NCBI GenBank assembly: GCA_039096225.1
Contig: JBBPEB010000018.1
Location: forward strand, 124,001-188,000
Direction: 5' to 3'
DNA: 64,000 bases
Origin: Blastocystis sp. Blastoise
Lineage: Eukaryota; Protista; Bigyra: Opalinata
Shown piece by piece: positions 1 to 16,076 of this stretch. A program made the translations under genes and the position numbers. Below the pieces are notes generated by a model. That model was not told the origin of the DNA, did not search any database, and saw only the letters and a program-made list of their open reading frames with translations. The stretch's first letter is position 1. Every line of letters begins with the position of its first letter.

Positions 1-72
1 ATCTATCTCTATATATATATTTTATCTATATATTTGTTTTTCTATATATATTATCTATCTCTATATATATAG

Positions 73-546
73 ATAAATCCTTAATTGAATTATTATTAAA
101 ACAGAATATATTTCAATATATCGATTTAATTGTAGACAAACAGCGTGAAGATCAATGTGTCTCTGCCTGCTTTATTCTAGCCAATCAAGTTGTTCGTTGC
201 TATAGTATTTATGCTTATATTTATTCTATTTATTATAATAATTTTATTTATTATGATAATTTTATTTATTATGATAATTTTATTTATTAATATTAATTTT
301 ATTTATTATATATATTATATTTATTAATATTAATTTATTATTAATAATATACAGCATATCTCATATATATACTATACTATATGTTTATCTAGATAAGAAT
401 AACGGAAGTAAGGAGCGTCTTTTTGAGTTTATTTCAGTATCTCAAATAATCCGGTCGACAACATCACTATTACAGAATGTATATATGTTTGATAATGGAG
501 AAATGAGTACATATATGATTCTATTCCTGTCAGAAATATCAAAATC

Positions 547-583
<37 letters not shown>

Positions 584-1556
584 CTACTTATTCTTAACAT
601 ATTCTATATACATTATATTCTATTGACCACATACTATATAGTAAATATGACGTCGATGTGTGTCTCCCAAGGGATTATACCCATTCTTATCAATATATAT
701 ACATCTCATAAGAATAAAATCACTCTCCTTACGGCCTGTCTCTGCTTCTTAAATACTATTGCTTCTACGGGTATTTTATATTTAATTATTCTGTTTATTA
801 TTATATTTATTATCATATTTATTATTATATTATTATTATTATATTATTATTTTATTATTATTTTATTATTATTTTATTATTATTTTATTATTATATTTAT
901 TTATTCATGTATTATATATATAAATAATTCATATATATTCTTTAGATACATATTATTCTATGGTATATAATCAGGTCTTCATTAATTCCTTACTAAGTAC
1001 ACTTCTGCTCTATAAAGAAGATGAGAAGTTTGTTATTACATGCTTAGGAATGATACAACTATTAGCTAAAGATGGTATATATATATATATATATAGAATT
1101 ATGTGTATTCATAAAATAATAATTTATATATATAGAAGAGATGAGTGATTATTTATTTAAAAAAGATATATATTCTTATATAAATCCTTTGTTTACTTTA
1201 TATATAAATAATAGTACTATATGCCAAATAATTGTAGGTATACTTATTAATATTGTTACTAAAGGTATATATATAGATCATAAGTTATTATTATTTAAAT
1301 TATAAATTATAGATTACACATATATATTATATTATAATATTATAGGAGATAAATATGTTCATTACTTCTTGGATAGTGATATTATTAAGTATATATCGTG
1401 TATGCTCTTCAATAATGAAAACAATAACCCTCTCATCTATAACTGCTTATCCTTCCTCTTATTCTTATCTTATTCAGGTATTATATTATTATTATATATA
1501 TTTATTTATTATTATTTATTTATTCTTCTATAACATATAATAACTCTATTAACTCT

Positions 1557-1608
<52 letters not shown>

Positions 1609-1755
1609 AAAGGTGTTCGTGAAATCTTACAAGCAGGAATTGAGCCATTTTTAGAGGATCTTCTTCCTGACTCTATAGGTAGAGGTTGCTATGAATTATG
1701 CAACGCATTATCTATAAGAATCGATATGAAGAAAATCGATAATATTATTATTTAA
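73..1755 (+). CDS. 3' part of a multi-exon armadillo/HEAT-like helical repeat protein (5' end outside window)
   Basis: Exonic segments between GT..AG AT-rich introns read as Leu/Ile/Cys-rich helical repeats (e.g. CVSQGIIPILINIYTSHK..TACLCFLNTIA; EKGVREILQAGIEPFLEDLL). Stop TAA at 1753-1755. Confidence 0.45.
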
Positions 1756-2071
1756 ATATATATATATATTTATTCTTTATTCAAAGTTGGTTGTATTTAC
1801 CTGTATATATAATATAATTATTCATTTTCATTCTTTTTTTTGGTAGTTTTAACTATAATAAAATAGTAACATTTATTCTTTTTCAATTTTTTTTTTTCTT
1901 CTTCTTCTTCATGTTTTTTCATATTTTATAAGTTTCTTTATAAGAACTTCTTTTCAGATACTTTTTTTTTGAATTCATGTTTTATATAATTTTTTCTTTA
2001 TTTTAAATATATATATATATATAATTTTTTTTTGAGTATTTGTTTCTATTCTCTTTATAATTTTTATTTTG

Positions 2072-2163
2072 TTATTCATTTTTATTCATTTTTATTCATT
2101 TTTATTCATTTTTATTCATTTTTATTCATTCTTATTCATTTCTATTCATTTCTATTCATTTTT
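2072..2163. repeat. 10-bp tandem repeat (TTATTCATTT)x~9, intergenic
   Basis: Directly visible. Confidence 0.85.
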
Positions 2164-2805
2164 AATAATTTTTCATTTATAATAATTATTTAATATATAA
2201 CATATATATGAGTTTTTATTTCTCGAAGTTATTTTTATATACTTTTCTTGATGTGTTTTTATTTCATATATTTTTCTTTAATATTCTATATCTTTATTTT
2301 TCTATTTTAATAACTATTTTCATAAACAAAATATCTATATTCTTTTTCTAGTATACTTGATATATATCCCAAAAATATATTTTATGTTTCTACTTTTTGT
2401 GTGTGCGCTCTCTTTTATTTTCTTGTGTTTCCTATTATCTGTGAATAATCTCCTTTATTCTCCACTATGTTATTATTTTTACTTGAAAGAATCCTTCTTT
2501 GGAAGGTCATCATTGTTTATTATCGTTTGTTATTTTTCTAAAACATTCTATTTTATATTATTATGATTGTTGTGTGTAACTTAAAATTTTTATATATAAA
2601 TTTGACTTATAATCAGGAAATGTAACGTAAAAGTCTAAAAAAAGAATAGAAAAATTGAAATTACTTCTTAGAATTTCTCAGCCAATCAATTCGCATTCAT
2701 ATGTTTTAGAAAATATCAGTCGACTTGAAGAACACGAAATAGAATTTGGAATTTTTAAAAGGATTTTTTTTATAATTATATATATTGTTGCTTATATATA
2801 CATAA

Positions 2806-4225
<1,420 letters not shown>

Positions 4226-4907
4226 TCTTAAAACATTCTATTTATATGCTTTAAATCTATAAATTCTACAGATTTTGTATATTTATAGTGTTTATATCTA
4301 CTTACTTTGACGTTTGTAAGATTCCAAAAGTATTGATTTGTTTTTTTCTTTCTATTCATAAAAATTATTCTTGCTTATATCATCTACAGTTGTTCGCATT
4401 TATTTTCATGGATTTCAAGAAACAAATTAACAAAATATTGAATAATGAAGAAAAGACATTTATGAAAAGAACATCTTTTTAATAGTACTGTTTCCCGAAT
4501 ATACAATTTAGTCAGCAAACTGTATTACAACTAAAACTTAAATCTAAAAGGAAAAAAGATCCTATTTAAAAAAATAATGGAAATTTTATTAATTTAAAAA
4601 GAAGAGATACCTTTTAGCCATTCATATAATAGAGTTCATGAATTATCCAATAATATTAGACATGTATCATTATCTGATTGGTTGAACCAAATACTCTCAA
4701 TATGTTCTATAAAGAATGATTGTTGGAAATAGATTTTGTGGAGACTGAGTCATATGTAGAAGATGGAAACCACTCTTTTTTAAGGTGTGGTTTTAGAAAT
4801 TCCCTTGGTAAAACCGTGTTTGTATTTTTTTCTCTTTTTTTCTTTTTCATCGAAATAGAATATATTCATTATCTCATATCTATTCGTCTTATTCTAAACT
4901 ATTTTCT

Positions 4908-5393
4908 ATGAAACACCAGATCATTCTCACTTCTGTTTCTTTAGCCGCATGTGGAATAATCATATATAATTTTCCAAAGATTAAAAAGACTTTTGGCAAT
5001 TTCTTCTTTGGTGATCCTGAATTACTTTTACGACAAAGAATCGAAACTCAATTACAAATTTATAAACAAGTGGATGATAAATTAACACAATTAGAAAAGG
5101 AGAAGACTAGAATTAAAAATGATTTAGTAGCTTTAGGTATTGATGTTGATGTACAAATTGAGTTGAATATCGACAGTGATCTTTCTCTTGATAGTGGATG
5201 TGATTCTTATAGTATGAGTCATCCTAAAGAGTGTGGTAAATATATATTCATAATGAACTTATTCTTTTCTTTCTCTTTGTTTTAATCAAAACATTTTTTT
5301 TTTGTTATTTTAGGGTATTACTTCTTTGATAGTAATGGGAAAAAAATTGCTAATAAAGTATATTTGGATTCATATAAAATTATATATATATAT

Positions 5394-5445
<52 letters not shown>

Positions 5446-5813
5446 GGATCATTTTAATGCAGAATTTGAATTAAAGAAATTAGACTTAGATATTGATCGT
5501 ATTAATTTATTAATTAATTAATTTATTATATATCATATGAATATATAGAGATTCAAAAGTTGAAAGATAATTGTGTTTATGGTTCAAAACTTGTGGAGCA
5601 TTTACTTATAAAATATATTGATAATTCTTTGCCACCTGAATATAATGTTGAAAATATTATTAAAATGAGAAAAGATATTTGTGCACATTGTTATATCCTT
5701 TTAACTACTATTATATATATAGATATAGTTTATAATGTTTCTTTAATTAAATACTAGCCTTATGTGATCAATTTGACCGTATACAAGAAGTCATTGAACC
5801 TTATTTATCATAA
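4908..5813 (+). CDS. Membrane-anchored coiled-coil protein with C-terminal BAG-like domain
   Basis: N-terminal hydrophobic helix and coiled coil. C-terminus VEHLLIKYIDN...IKMRKDICAHCLALCDQFD resembles BAG helices 2-3. The last intron is U12-type. Confidence 0.5.
5693..5754 (+). other. U12-type (minor spliceosomal) AT-AC intron
   Basis: Donor ATATCCTTTT, branch-like TTCTTTAAT just upstream of terminal AC. Removal restores the frame (CAT TGT T|TA GCC). Confidence 0.75.
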
Positions 5814-6557
5814 ATGTTACAGTTTCTTTATTCATTCTTTATCATTTCATTTCATAAATTTTCCTTTTATACTATTGAATGTTCCTATTTTATTTCTATA
5901 ATTCATTTTGTGTTTTCTGAATTTTTCTTCTTTTCTCTTTTTGTCTTGAAGGTATTGGAACATTTTCTCTAATTTCCTTCGTTATTTCCTTTTTTTCACG
6001 ATTTTCTAGTTGTCCTATCATTTGTGGTTTGCATGAATACGCTTGGTTATAATTCTGTAACTTTAGGATATATTTCACACTATCAATCATTACTTATTCT
6101 CTACATTCATAGCGATAAAAATAAATTTATAATCAGATAGACTCATCAACAACTACTTAGTCATCTAATAGATCTAAATTAATATATGGCTATCAGGATA
6201 GAAATATATTCGCTTTCATAATATAAATGATTAATGGTCTTCTACACAAATAAATTCAGTTTTATAAGTGTCCAATCAATTCTTGATAATATAGTCGTTT
6301 CAATTCATGATTCCATGGATAAACTCACTGACAAAAAAGAAATAACCACGGGGAATAATTTTATAAAAAAATATCGTATCTTGGTTTAACGAGTGTTTTC
6401 TTGCAAATAACCACGAGAGATGACGCCTGTCTTTCGGGAATTCCTTTGAATCCATCTTCAAACAAGAAGAGAGCTGGTTATCTTTATATTTTTCAAGTCT
6501 CCTATCAAAATAATCTTTCTCTCCTTATTTAAAGTATAATATTATCTTTAAGAAAAA

Positions 6558-8337
6558 ATGAGTGACTATTCTCATGATGAAGATGCTCTTTATGGCTACA
6601 TATTAAAGGTTTCTGGTCCTCTGGTTGTTGCTGATCATATGTCTGGTTCATCCATGTATGAACTTGTTCGTGTTGGTTATCAAAAACTTGTTGGTGAAAT
6701 TATTAAATTAGAAGGAGACACTGCTTCTATTCAATGTTATGAAGAAACTGGTATATAGATTCTAATTATTTAATTTATTTTTCATTATCTTTCTTTTTGC
6801 TCGTTAGCCTTGTCTATTCATTTACTTTTATTTTTTTTATTGCGTTTATTATTTTTATTTATTTTAGGAGGTTTATCTGTTGGTGATCCTGTCTTAAGAA
6901 CTGGAAGTCCTTTATCTATTGAATTAGGTCCTGGTATCATGTCTAATATTTTTGATGGTATTCAAAGACCTCTTGAAACTATTTATAATAAATGTCAATC
7001 TCCTTTTATTCCTAAGGGTATTGATGTTCGTTCCCTTAATAAGTATATATTATTGTTATTATTAGGTTTATTATCATTATTTTCAATTATTAATATAATT
7101 TTTTTTCAATACTTAATACAAAAAAATATTTTTTTTTAAATATCCATATATATATAGTACAAAGAAATGGTTATATAGAAGTTTAAATTTCAAAGAAGGT
7201 GATATTATTAGTGGAGGTGATATATTTGGTGTTGTTGAAGAAAATAAATTAATGCCAAAACATTTTGTTATGTGCCCACCAAATATTAAAGGTCAAGTAT
7301 GAATATATAATCTATTTATATATATTTATTATATTTTTATCATTATATATATATATGTATATATATTATTATTACAGTATGAATAACTATTCCCTGTATA
7401 TAAGTAGTTAAGATTTGGGATTGTAATACTGATAATAATGAAGAGTATACTTTAGATGATCCCTTAGTAGAAGTATATGATGAAGTTACGAATAAGAAAC
7501 ATGTCTTGAAGATGTCACAATTCTGGTATTTATTATTGTTATTATTATTTTTATTATTTTTATTTATTTTTATTTATATTTATATTATTTACATTATTAT
7601 TATTATTATTATTATTATTCTAAGTATGATTTTCATATATATATATATATAGGCCTGTTCGTAGTCCCCGTCCTGTTGCTGAAAAGTTACCTGGTGTCAA
7701 GCCTTTAATTACCGGTCAACGTGTTATTGATGCTCTATTCCCTTCTGTTCTTGGAGGTACCTGCTGTATTCCTGGAGCTTTTGGTTGTGGTAAAACTGTC
7801 ATTTCTCAAGTATATTTTTATTAGATCTATGTTTATGTTTTATTTTACTAGTTATTATTATATTATTGCTTATTTTAATAATTAGTATATTTGATTAATA
7901 TTATAATAATATATATATAATGATAAGGAATAAGATTATCTTTATAAATCTCACTTCTCTAGGCTTTATCCAAGCATGCAAATACCTCTTGTATTGTTTA
8001 TGTTGGTTGTGGTGAACGTGGTAATGAGATGGCCGAAGTTCTTGCTGATTTCCCTGAATTAAAGACTACTGTCAATGGAGAAGAAGTTGGTATTATGGAC
8101 CGTACTTGTTTAGTTGCGAATACTTCAAATATGCCTGTTGCTGCTCGTGAAGCTTCTATATATACGGGTATTACCATTGCTGAATATTTCCGTGATATGG
8201 GATTAGATGTGGCTATGATGGCAGATAGTTCTAGTCGTTGGGCTGAAGCCTTAAGAGAAATATCAGGTAGATTAGGAGAAATGCCTGCAGATGGAGGGTA
8301 ATTATTGATTTATTAACGAATTGTTTTTTTATTTATT

Positions 8338-8399
<62 letters not shown>

Positions 8400-9536
8400 C
8401 TGAGATATTATTATTATTATTATTAATTCTATTTTATTATTATATATATGCATATAATTCATTGAATTATAATTAATCCTTATTCTTGATTATGTCTGGT
8501 TATCCTGCTTATTTAAGTGCTCGTTTAGCTGCATTCTACGAGCGTGCCGGTCGTGCTCGTTTATTGGGTAGTCCTAACAGAGAAGGTAGTGTGACTGTTG
8601 TGGGTGCTGTCAGTCCTCCTGGAGGAGATTTCTCAGATCCAGTCACTTCAGCTACTCTTGGTATTGTACAAGTATTCTGGGGATTAGAAAAGAAATTAGC
8701 TCAACGTATATCATTATTTTTGTTGATTTTTTTTTTTTATTTTATTATTATTATTATTTTTTTATTTTTAATTTTTATTTTTTAATTATTTTTATTATTA
8801 TTTTCATTTTTTAATAACTAATAGCTATTTAATTATGTTTGTTATTCTATAGGTAAGCATTTCCCTTCTATTAATTGGTTAATATCTTATTCTAAATACG
8901 ATCGTACTCTTGAGCCTTTCTTCAATACTGTCGATGCTGATTTCATCCCGATGAGAACCAGAATTCGAGCTATTCTTCAAGAAGAAGATAATCTTCAAGA
9001 AATTGTACAACTTGTGGGTAAAGAGTCTCTTTCAGAAGATCAAAAAGTTGTTCTTGAAATCGCTAAGATTATTCGTGAAGATTTCTTACAACAAAATGCT
9101 TATTCTGAATATGATTATACTTGTCCTCTTAACAAATCTATATGTTATTATTATATGTTAATTTTGTTTTATGTATTTATTATATTTATTATATTTATTT
9201 ATTTATTTGTTTATTATATTTATTATATTTATTTATTTATATTTATATTTATTTATTTATATTTATTTATTATATTTGTTTATTTATTATACTCTTTAGA
9301 TGGGTATGTTACGTGTAATTACTCACTTTTATGATAAATGTATGGAGGCTGTAAAGGATACTAATGGGGATAATAAGATTACTTGGGCTCAAATCAAAGC
9401 TTCTCTTAACGATCTTATCTATAGAATTACTTCTATGAAGTTTATTATTCCTACAACTCCTGAGAAAGAAATGAAACATATGTTTGATAGTATTATTATG
9501 GATTTAGATAAAGGATTTGCTTCCTTATCTGAATAA
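6558..9536 (+). CDS. VMA1: V-type H+-ATPase catalytic subunit A
   Basis: [16 protein letters not shown] (P-loop), [54 protein letters not shown]. No intein. Confidence 0.98.
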
Positions 9537-10098
9537 ATCAAATAATAATTACTTTTATTTTTTATTCCACTTAAACTATAATTTCTAATATATATATATA
9601 TCCTCTTTATTTATGAGTTCGTTATAAAAAATAAAACATATATAATTATATATGTTTCTATATTCTTTAATATTGTTTAGATGATTTCTTTTATATCTAT
9701 TTTACTATATCTTCTTCTTCTTTTTTAACTTTTTTATTTATCTATTCTTAGTAGTCTTCCCTTATTACATATATTTATTAAAATATAAACATATTGTATG
9801 ATATATATAACTTATTATATATTATACTCTCTCTCTTTAATATATAGTTTATATTTTTATATTTTAAATTTTTTTTTGTGAGTATCTTCGTGAAGTCTAT
9901 GATGTAGTCTATTCTTCTTATTATAGTTTTATATTTATTTATTATGTTTTGTTTTCATATCAACTAAACTCATTTATTCTATTTACATGACAAAATAATA
10001 GTAGAAGAAGAAATCATTGATTTTCTAATATACATAACAGTAAAAATACACAGTGACTATAATAATATTTCATAATAATAATAATAAACATATTGTTC

Positions 10099-10611
10099 TC
10101 AGAGTTTATCCTTTATCTCAATTTTAAAAACATCATTTTGCCAATAACCATGATGTTCAATAAATTTTGGTTTAATTTGTGGACTATTACTAACATGAAT
10201 TCCAAGCATAGATTCTATTTCTTCTATACTACTGGGATCCTCAGTTAAATCCACTTTCTCCTTCACATTTTGCTTCTTATAATAACTTCTTTTTGTAGGA
10301 TCAAGACTTCGTGTACTTAATGACCGCGAAGATGCTTTGTTTCGTGAAGAACCACTAATAAGACATTTAGTTAATGAAAATAGTATCAAAAATACAACAA
10401 TGACTTTTTCGATTGACCTTCTTTTAAACTTTTTTGCTTTTTACTAATATACAGAAGATGATACTATTATTTTTAAAAGTCATACAACAAGCTAGCAGGC
10501 CCACCAAGATCTAAAGAAAAAATAACTTTACATATATATATTCAAAATACACTCATTTGAATCGTCTTGACTTGTCTTCTTCGAATAGGATGACCTAAAT
10601 AGATTCATCAT
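10099..10611 (-). CDS. Small hypothetical single-TM protein (exon structure uncertain)
   Basis: Non-repetitive ORF 10099-10389 with a TM-like segment, plus short upstream exon candidates. The splice frame is not cleanly resolved. Confidence 0.3.
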
Positions 10612-10909
10612 ATTATTAAATTAATTTAGTAAAATCCGTTAATCAAAGAAAAAATGAAGAAATTTCTGTTTAGAAAAAGAGACTTTGTTTATTCTTTGTG
10701 AATTACTTTTTAAAACGATTTAAACATAATTTTTGATAAAGATTATTGTGTATATCATCTTATTCTTCAAGTGTACATTTTTTATGACAAAGTCTTAGGT
10801 GCATAGCAAATGTAAAATGTAGTCGTTTTGATATGTGAGTATATGGATATATGTGTATCACAATTTAATAAACAAAAACAATAAATACATAAAACGATAC
10901 TTAAATTAT

Positions 10910-13900
10910 CTACCATTCCAACTTTGTAACAGGCGAATGTCTTCTGATATACTATCCATATCTTCGCTTCTTATGTTATCAGAATATATATCGTGGCTTA
11001 TAATTTCTTTCTGACTTTTATTAGTTTTAGACGTGGAATTAAGTTGAGAGTTTTGTTCATTGTTTATATCTGAAGACTAAAGAAGTATATATTTAATAAA
11101 ATATATATAAAGTGATTAAACTAATGAAAGTATGAGTAATATACAATTTGTGAAGTTAATGGAGTATTATCATTTGAACTATACAAGAGATAGATTCATG
11201 CGATTAAAATAATAAAAACCGTATATAGAAAGTAAACAAACATTTTAAATATATATATTATACATTTTATTATGATATGTAGCGAGATTGTATGTATTGT
11301 GTGAATTCATTGAAGAAAACGATGATAATTGTTGACGAAGACTTAAACTATTTGAAAAAATATAATTCATGTTATTTAACTCTTTTTGTTGTTTTTCATA
11401 TTGCTTTAATAATATCGAATAGATATCGCTACAAATATCTACATTCATCAATACACTGTTTAAATGATTCTCTAATACGGATCTCTATATGGGATATCAT
11501 GAATGTATATTATTAGATATATATATATATGTATATACAATTTGTTCAGAATTAGGTTGATTTCCTCTGTATAAAAGAATATAATAATATATAAAGAAAA
11601 CATATAGAATATATATAGAATATATATAGAATATATATAATATATAATATAAAAATGCAATACTAATAATTAATAGAATAATATACATATCTTTCAAAAT
11701 ACAATCAATATCCTATATATAGATATAAAAATTGTTAAAAACAACGAAAAAACTTAAATATAATATATAAATATATATACAGCACTCTTTTTAATAGTAT
11801 CAATACATTCTCTCATAATAGTATTATCTATATTTATATCTATATTAATAAAAAATATATTAAGTAAAACAACATTATAAATAGAATTGATATATGAATA
11901 TAATTAATAGAAATAAACATAATATTAATACTCCTTATATAAATATATACTTGAATTAATATTATTTTTATAAGAAGAGCTGCTATTACTATTTTCATTA
12001 TTAGCCTCATTTCCATATGTCTGATCAATTGAATCACCGACTACAGTCCTATGAATATCTCTTATAACATTATCTACAGAATTATTATTTATTTCTTCTT
12101 TCTCTTGATCTTTATAATCCCTTATAATTGAATATTTTTCAGTATTAACAGATGACAAAGACTCGGTTTGACATAGATATTGTTGTATGTCCTGTGAATT
12201 GCTATCTGTATTGTTTAAAGAAGGAGAAGGTAGTTCTTTAGATGAATGATGAAGAGATAATTTAGTATTATTTGACTTAGAAAACATATTTAAAGAATTT
12301 GAAAGAATAGACGTTTGAATAGATGACGGCTTAGATACTTCATTTGATATTGAAGAGGGGATAGATGCTGATGAAGAATAAGAGGATAATTGTATAGGAG
12401 ATGAAGAAGAAGTTTTAGGAATATTTATATTTGTAGAATGTTCATCATGATAAATTGTGGAGTCATTTATTGTGTTCCATAGAGAATCATCTTCATATAT
12501 TGTATTCTTGGTATCCACGACTGGTTCCTTATTTATATTATTATTTTGTATAGTTGATATATGATGAGAGGGATATAAAGTCTGTGGAGAAAACATAGAG
12601 AAATTCTTAATAGAATTGTTATATATATGTGAATTAGATATAGAAACAGAGTCTGAAGATAAACTTTCTTGTTCTTTTAAATGAAAAACAACTGATGTAT
12701 TCTTATCAGGATATGAATTTGTATGTGTAGTTATTGAAGGATTTGTTGGAGTTGATAGAAGAGAAGATTTGTCAGGAATATTAATATTATTATGTAGTAT
12801 TTGATTAGATGTATGTTGATCATGAAGAATAGAATTTATATTGTTATTTGTTAATTGATTTGATGATAATGTTTTTGATAGTGATTTTTGATCATTTATT
12901 ACTTGTTGTACAGAAGTATTTGAAGTAGTAGTAGCTTGAATAGGAATAGTATTATTTTCAATAGGAATATTTTTTTCAATAGGAATAATATTATTTTCAA
13001 TAGGAATAGTATTATTTTCAATAGAAATAGTATTATTTTGAATAGGAATAGTTGTATTAGAAATAGTTGAAGGAGGAATAATAACAGTAGGAATATTTGA
13101 TGGAATTATAGAAGAAGAAACAGGTGCGGAGACACTAGTATCAATAGTAATAGCATGTGTAGATGATGATAAAGAAGAAGAATTATCGTTTTTAAGGAGA
13201 TCTGTAGTTGTAATAATGGAATGAATCCCATCATTATTCTGGATAGATTTGTTTGTAATGATTTGACCTGTTAGTATGGATATATCATGTTTCGAGTTAC
13301 TATCTTTATTAGTAGAACTGTTTAATATAGAATAAGGTATAGAATCGGGTAGTTTTGTTAAAGTGACATCAAATGATACTAGAACACAAGGATCTACTAT
13401 GTCTATAAATAATAATATATAAAAAAATAAATGGTTATAGTATATATATTACTTTATACAAATATATACATATATACCTGTTGAATCTTGATATACAAAT
13501 GTATTTAATACAAATGCTGATTTTATTTTATTTGTCCAATCTTCACTCATAAATATATTTGATATATAATCAACATTTGCATACGATATATACTGTTCTA
13601 TATAGAAATGATTATAACTATAAATATACAAAATAACATTATATACGTTGATTCGAAGCTTTTAGACTTAGAGATAGAGGCTCAGAATTCATCAAATAGT
13701 TGAATAGTATATATATATCTTCAGTATATAGAGAAAGGGTAAAAGAAGAAGATTTAGTAAGAGATATAGAATACAGAGGAGGAGAGGTAGTAGTATTCTG
13801 TAGTAATGAGATATCTTTGATTCCTTGTGAACTAGCGTTTCCTTTTGTACGGAGAACCATATCTTTAGAGATATTATAGGATATAGAGTTCCATGTATAT

Positions 13901-14896
13901 TGCATAGGAAATAGATCTATAAATATATATGTATTGAATTATTATAATAAAGATAATCAACATATATATAAAAAAAATATATATAGAATAAATATAATAA
14001 ATATATATATATAGAAAGAATCTTGGAATAAATATAACAAATATATTTATATATATAAAATCAATAAAATAAGAAAAAAATATATATGTACATAGAAAAA
14101 AAACATATAATAAAAACACAAATATATATATGTACAACAATTATTCATAATAGATAAATCTTTATAAAAGTTTAATGAGACAGGATGAATAGATAATTCA
14201 TATAAAGAGAGAAGAGAAGTAGGTACTAGAGATTTCCCTTCTGGATATAATATATTAGAGTCATTCTTTAATACATTTTCAAAAGCTATATAAATGTTAT
14301 GTAATTCCTATTTTTATTATTATATATAGAGAAACAACCTTAGCAAACTAGATTTATATATTTATATACATAATGATATCGGTATCTTTTTAATATAGGA
14401 ATAATACGTACATTCAAGAGTAATATTAGAAGAAAGAGTGGAGACAGTTACAGTTTGCATATCAGAATTTTTCTCATCAATTTTTAAATAGAATGACAAG
14501 TTTTCTAGTGGCTTTAGAGATATATCATCGTTTTTATTTGAATCTTCACATAATGAAACAAGAACAGTATAATTCTTCTTTTGAAAATCCTATAAAAAGC
14601 ATTAATGATAATAAAATGGAATAATATATACCGCCAACTCTTTCTCAGGTAAAAGCCAGACTAAATATGGTGTTGATTTCCAATAGTGAACGCCAGCAGA
14701 ATCATAATGACTTGGGAAAGATGTTTGTTCCTAAAAGAAATATCGTAGCTAGTCTACAAACATTTGTTAGAACGTACTGTATGATAAATTAATATTTGAT
14801 ATGAACAAGATTTATTCAAGTGATTAACTAATCCTTTGATTTCCGTTATGCATAAGCATACCATATTTAATACTTTCTCATCATCATGATCGTTCA
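10910..14896 (-). CDS. Large multi-exon hypothetical protein: N-terminal beta-rich C2-like domain(s), long Ser/Asn/Ile-rich linker, C-terminal coiled coil
   Basis: ATG 14896 MNDHDDEKVLNMVCLCITEIKGL..., GT-AG introns, ~1.4 kb low-complexity exon with ENNTIPI 7-aa repeats. Stop TAG at 10910. Confidence 0.55.
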
Positions 14897-15305
14897 TTCA
14901 TATATTTCAAAACTGTATTATTTAAAAAAATAAATTTGTTGCAAAAATGATATTTTTTAGATTGTTCAATAAGATGTCTTCTATTTATTTATTTTACTTA
15001 ATAATAGTATTCATGAATTGTTGATGGCATCCAGATACTTTTTTGGAGCATAAATCAGAAATTAGAATCTATATTATTTAGTCGCGAACATGATTATTCA
15101 TAATTTTAATAAAAAGAAGATATTAATAATATTGAGATGATATATTCAATTCATATAAAATAAAATAACAGTTTAAACACAACAAATAGAATATAAATAA
15201 TAACTAATCTTTAAAAAGGCTGTTCAAATTATATTTAACTTGATTTATCAAATTTTTTAGATAAATAGGAAACAAAATATTATAAGAAAAATAGATTTTA
15301 ATCGA

Positions 15306-15783
15306 TTAATCAATGGCTAAGACAATTTTATGAAGTTGCTCGAAGAGTTCTTTTTGTTGATTCTGATCAATTCGAATAGACACAGACACAAAGAAGACCT
15401 TTCTGAACTTCTTGGCCAAAAGTCGAGCAAATCTGTCACCAGTATCATCATCATCTACTTCTAAGATCATATAAATAATATATTACAATATAAAGGAGTA
15501 ATATATAAATTCAAATATACATAGAATATAAATATGGCAACAACATGAATACAATATTGAATAAAAACATACGAGAATATAGAAGTGTTGCTTGAGGATG
15601 ATCAGAATAGTTCCCATGAGAGACGTATAGATTGTATAATGATATATCAGACGATGTTCCTAACCATATTGAATACGAATCGGTCATCTTCAAAATCAAA
15701 CATGATATTTGAATATCTTTTAAATCAATAACGTATTTGTAATCTTTAAAATGAGATGTATTTGCCGATATTTCTTCAGCCAT
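15306..15783 (-). CDS. PSMG4: Proteasome assembly chaperone 4-like
   Basis: ILKMTDSYSIWLG..LYNLYVS..ATLL..FARLLAKKFRKVFFVSVS matches the PAC4 pattern. One GT-AG intron. Confidence 0.75.
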
Positions 15784-16076
15784 GTCAAATTAATCAATTT
15801 TTAAAAATATATTATTTTTCTTGAAATTCTTTTATATAATAATATTATATATTGGTTTAAATATTTAGTTTCTATATATTTTGAAAATGACTAATGCACA
15901 GATATGCTATTTTTAAACAAAACAAATAAATAAACAATAAAGTATTCTACTAAGAATGCTATTCTATTATAAGAACCTTCCAATAAAATATATTAATATA
16001 GATTTAGAAAGCATAAAAAAATATAACAAGATTATATATATAATATATAGAAGAAAAAAAAATTATTTATTACAGT

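Noticed and set aside
9140-9299. AT-AG intron in V-ATPase A as a U12 intron
   Set aside because: The donor ATATGTTA lacks the ATATCCTT consensus and there is no U12 branch site; it fits the junction-copy class instead.
6558-9536. VMA1-type intein
   Set aside because: The insertion site [10 protein letters not shown] is uninterrupted.
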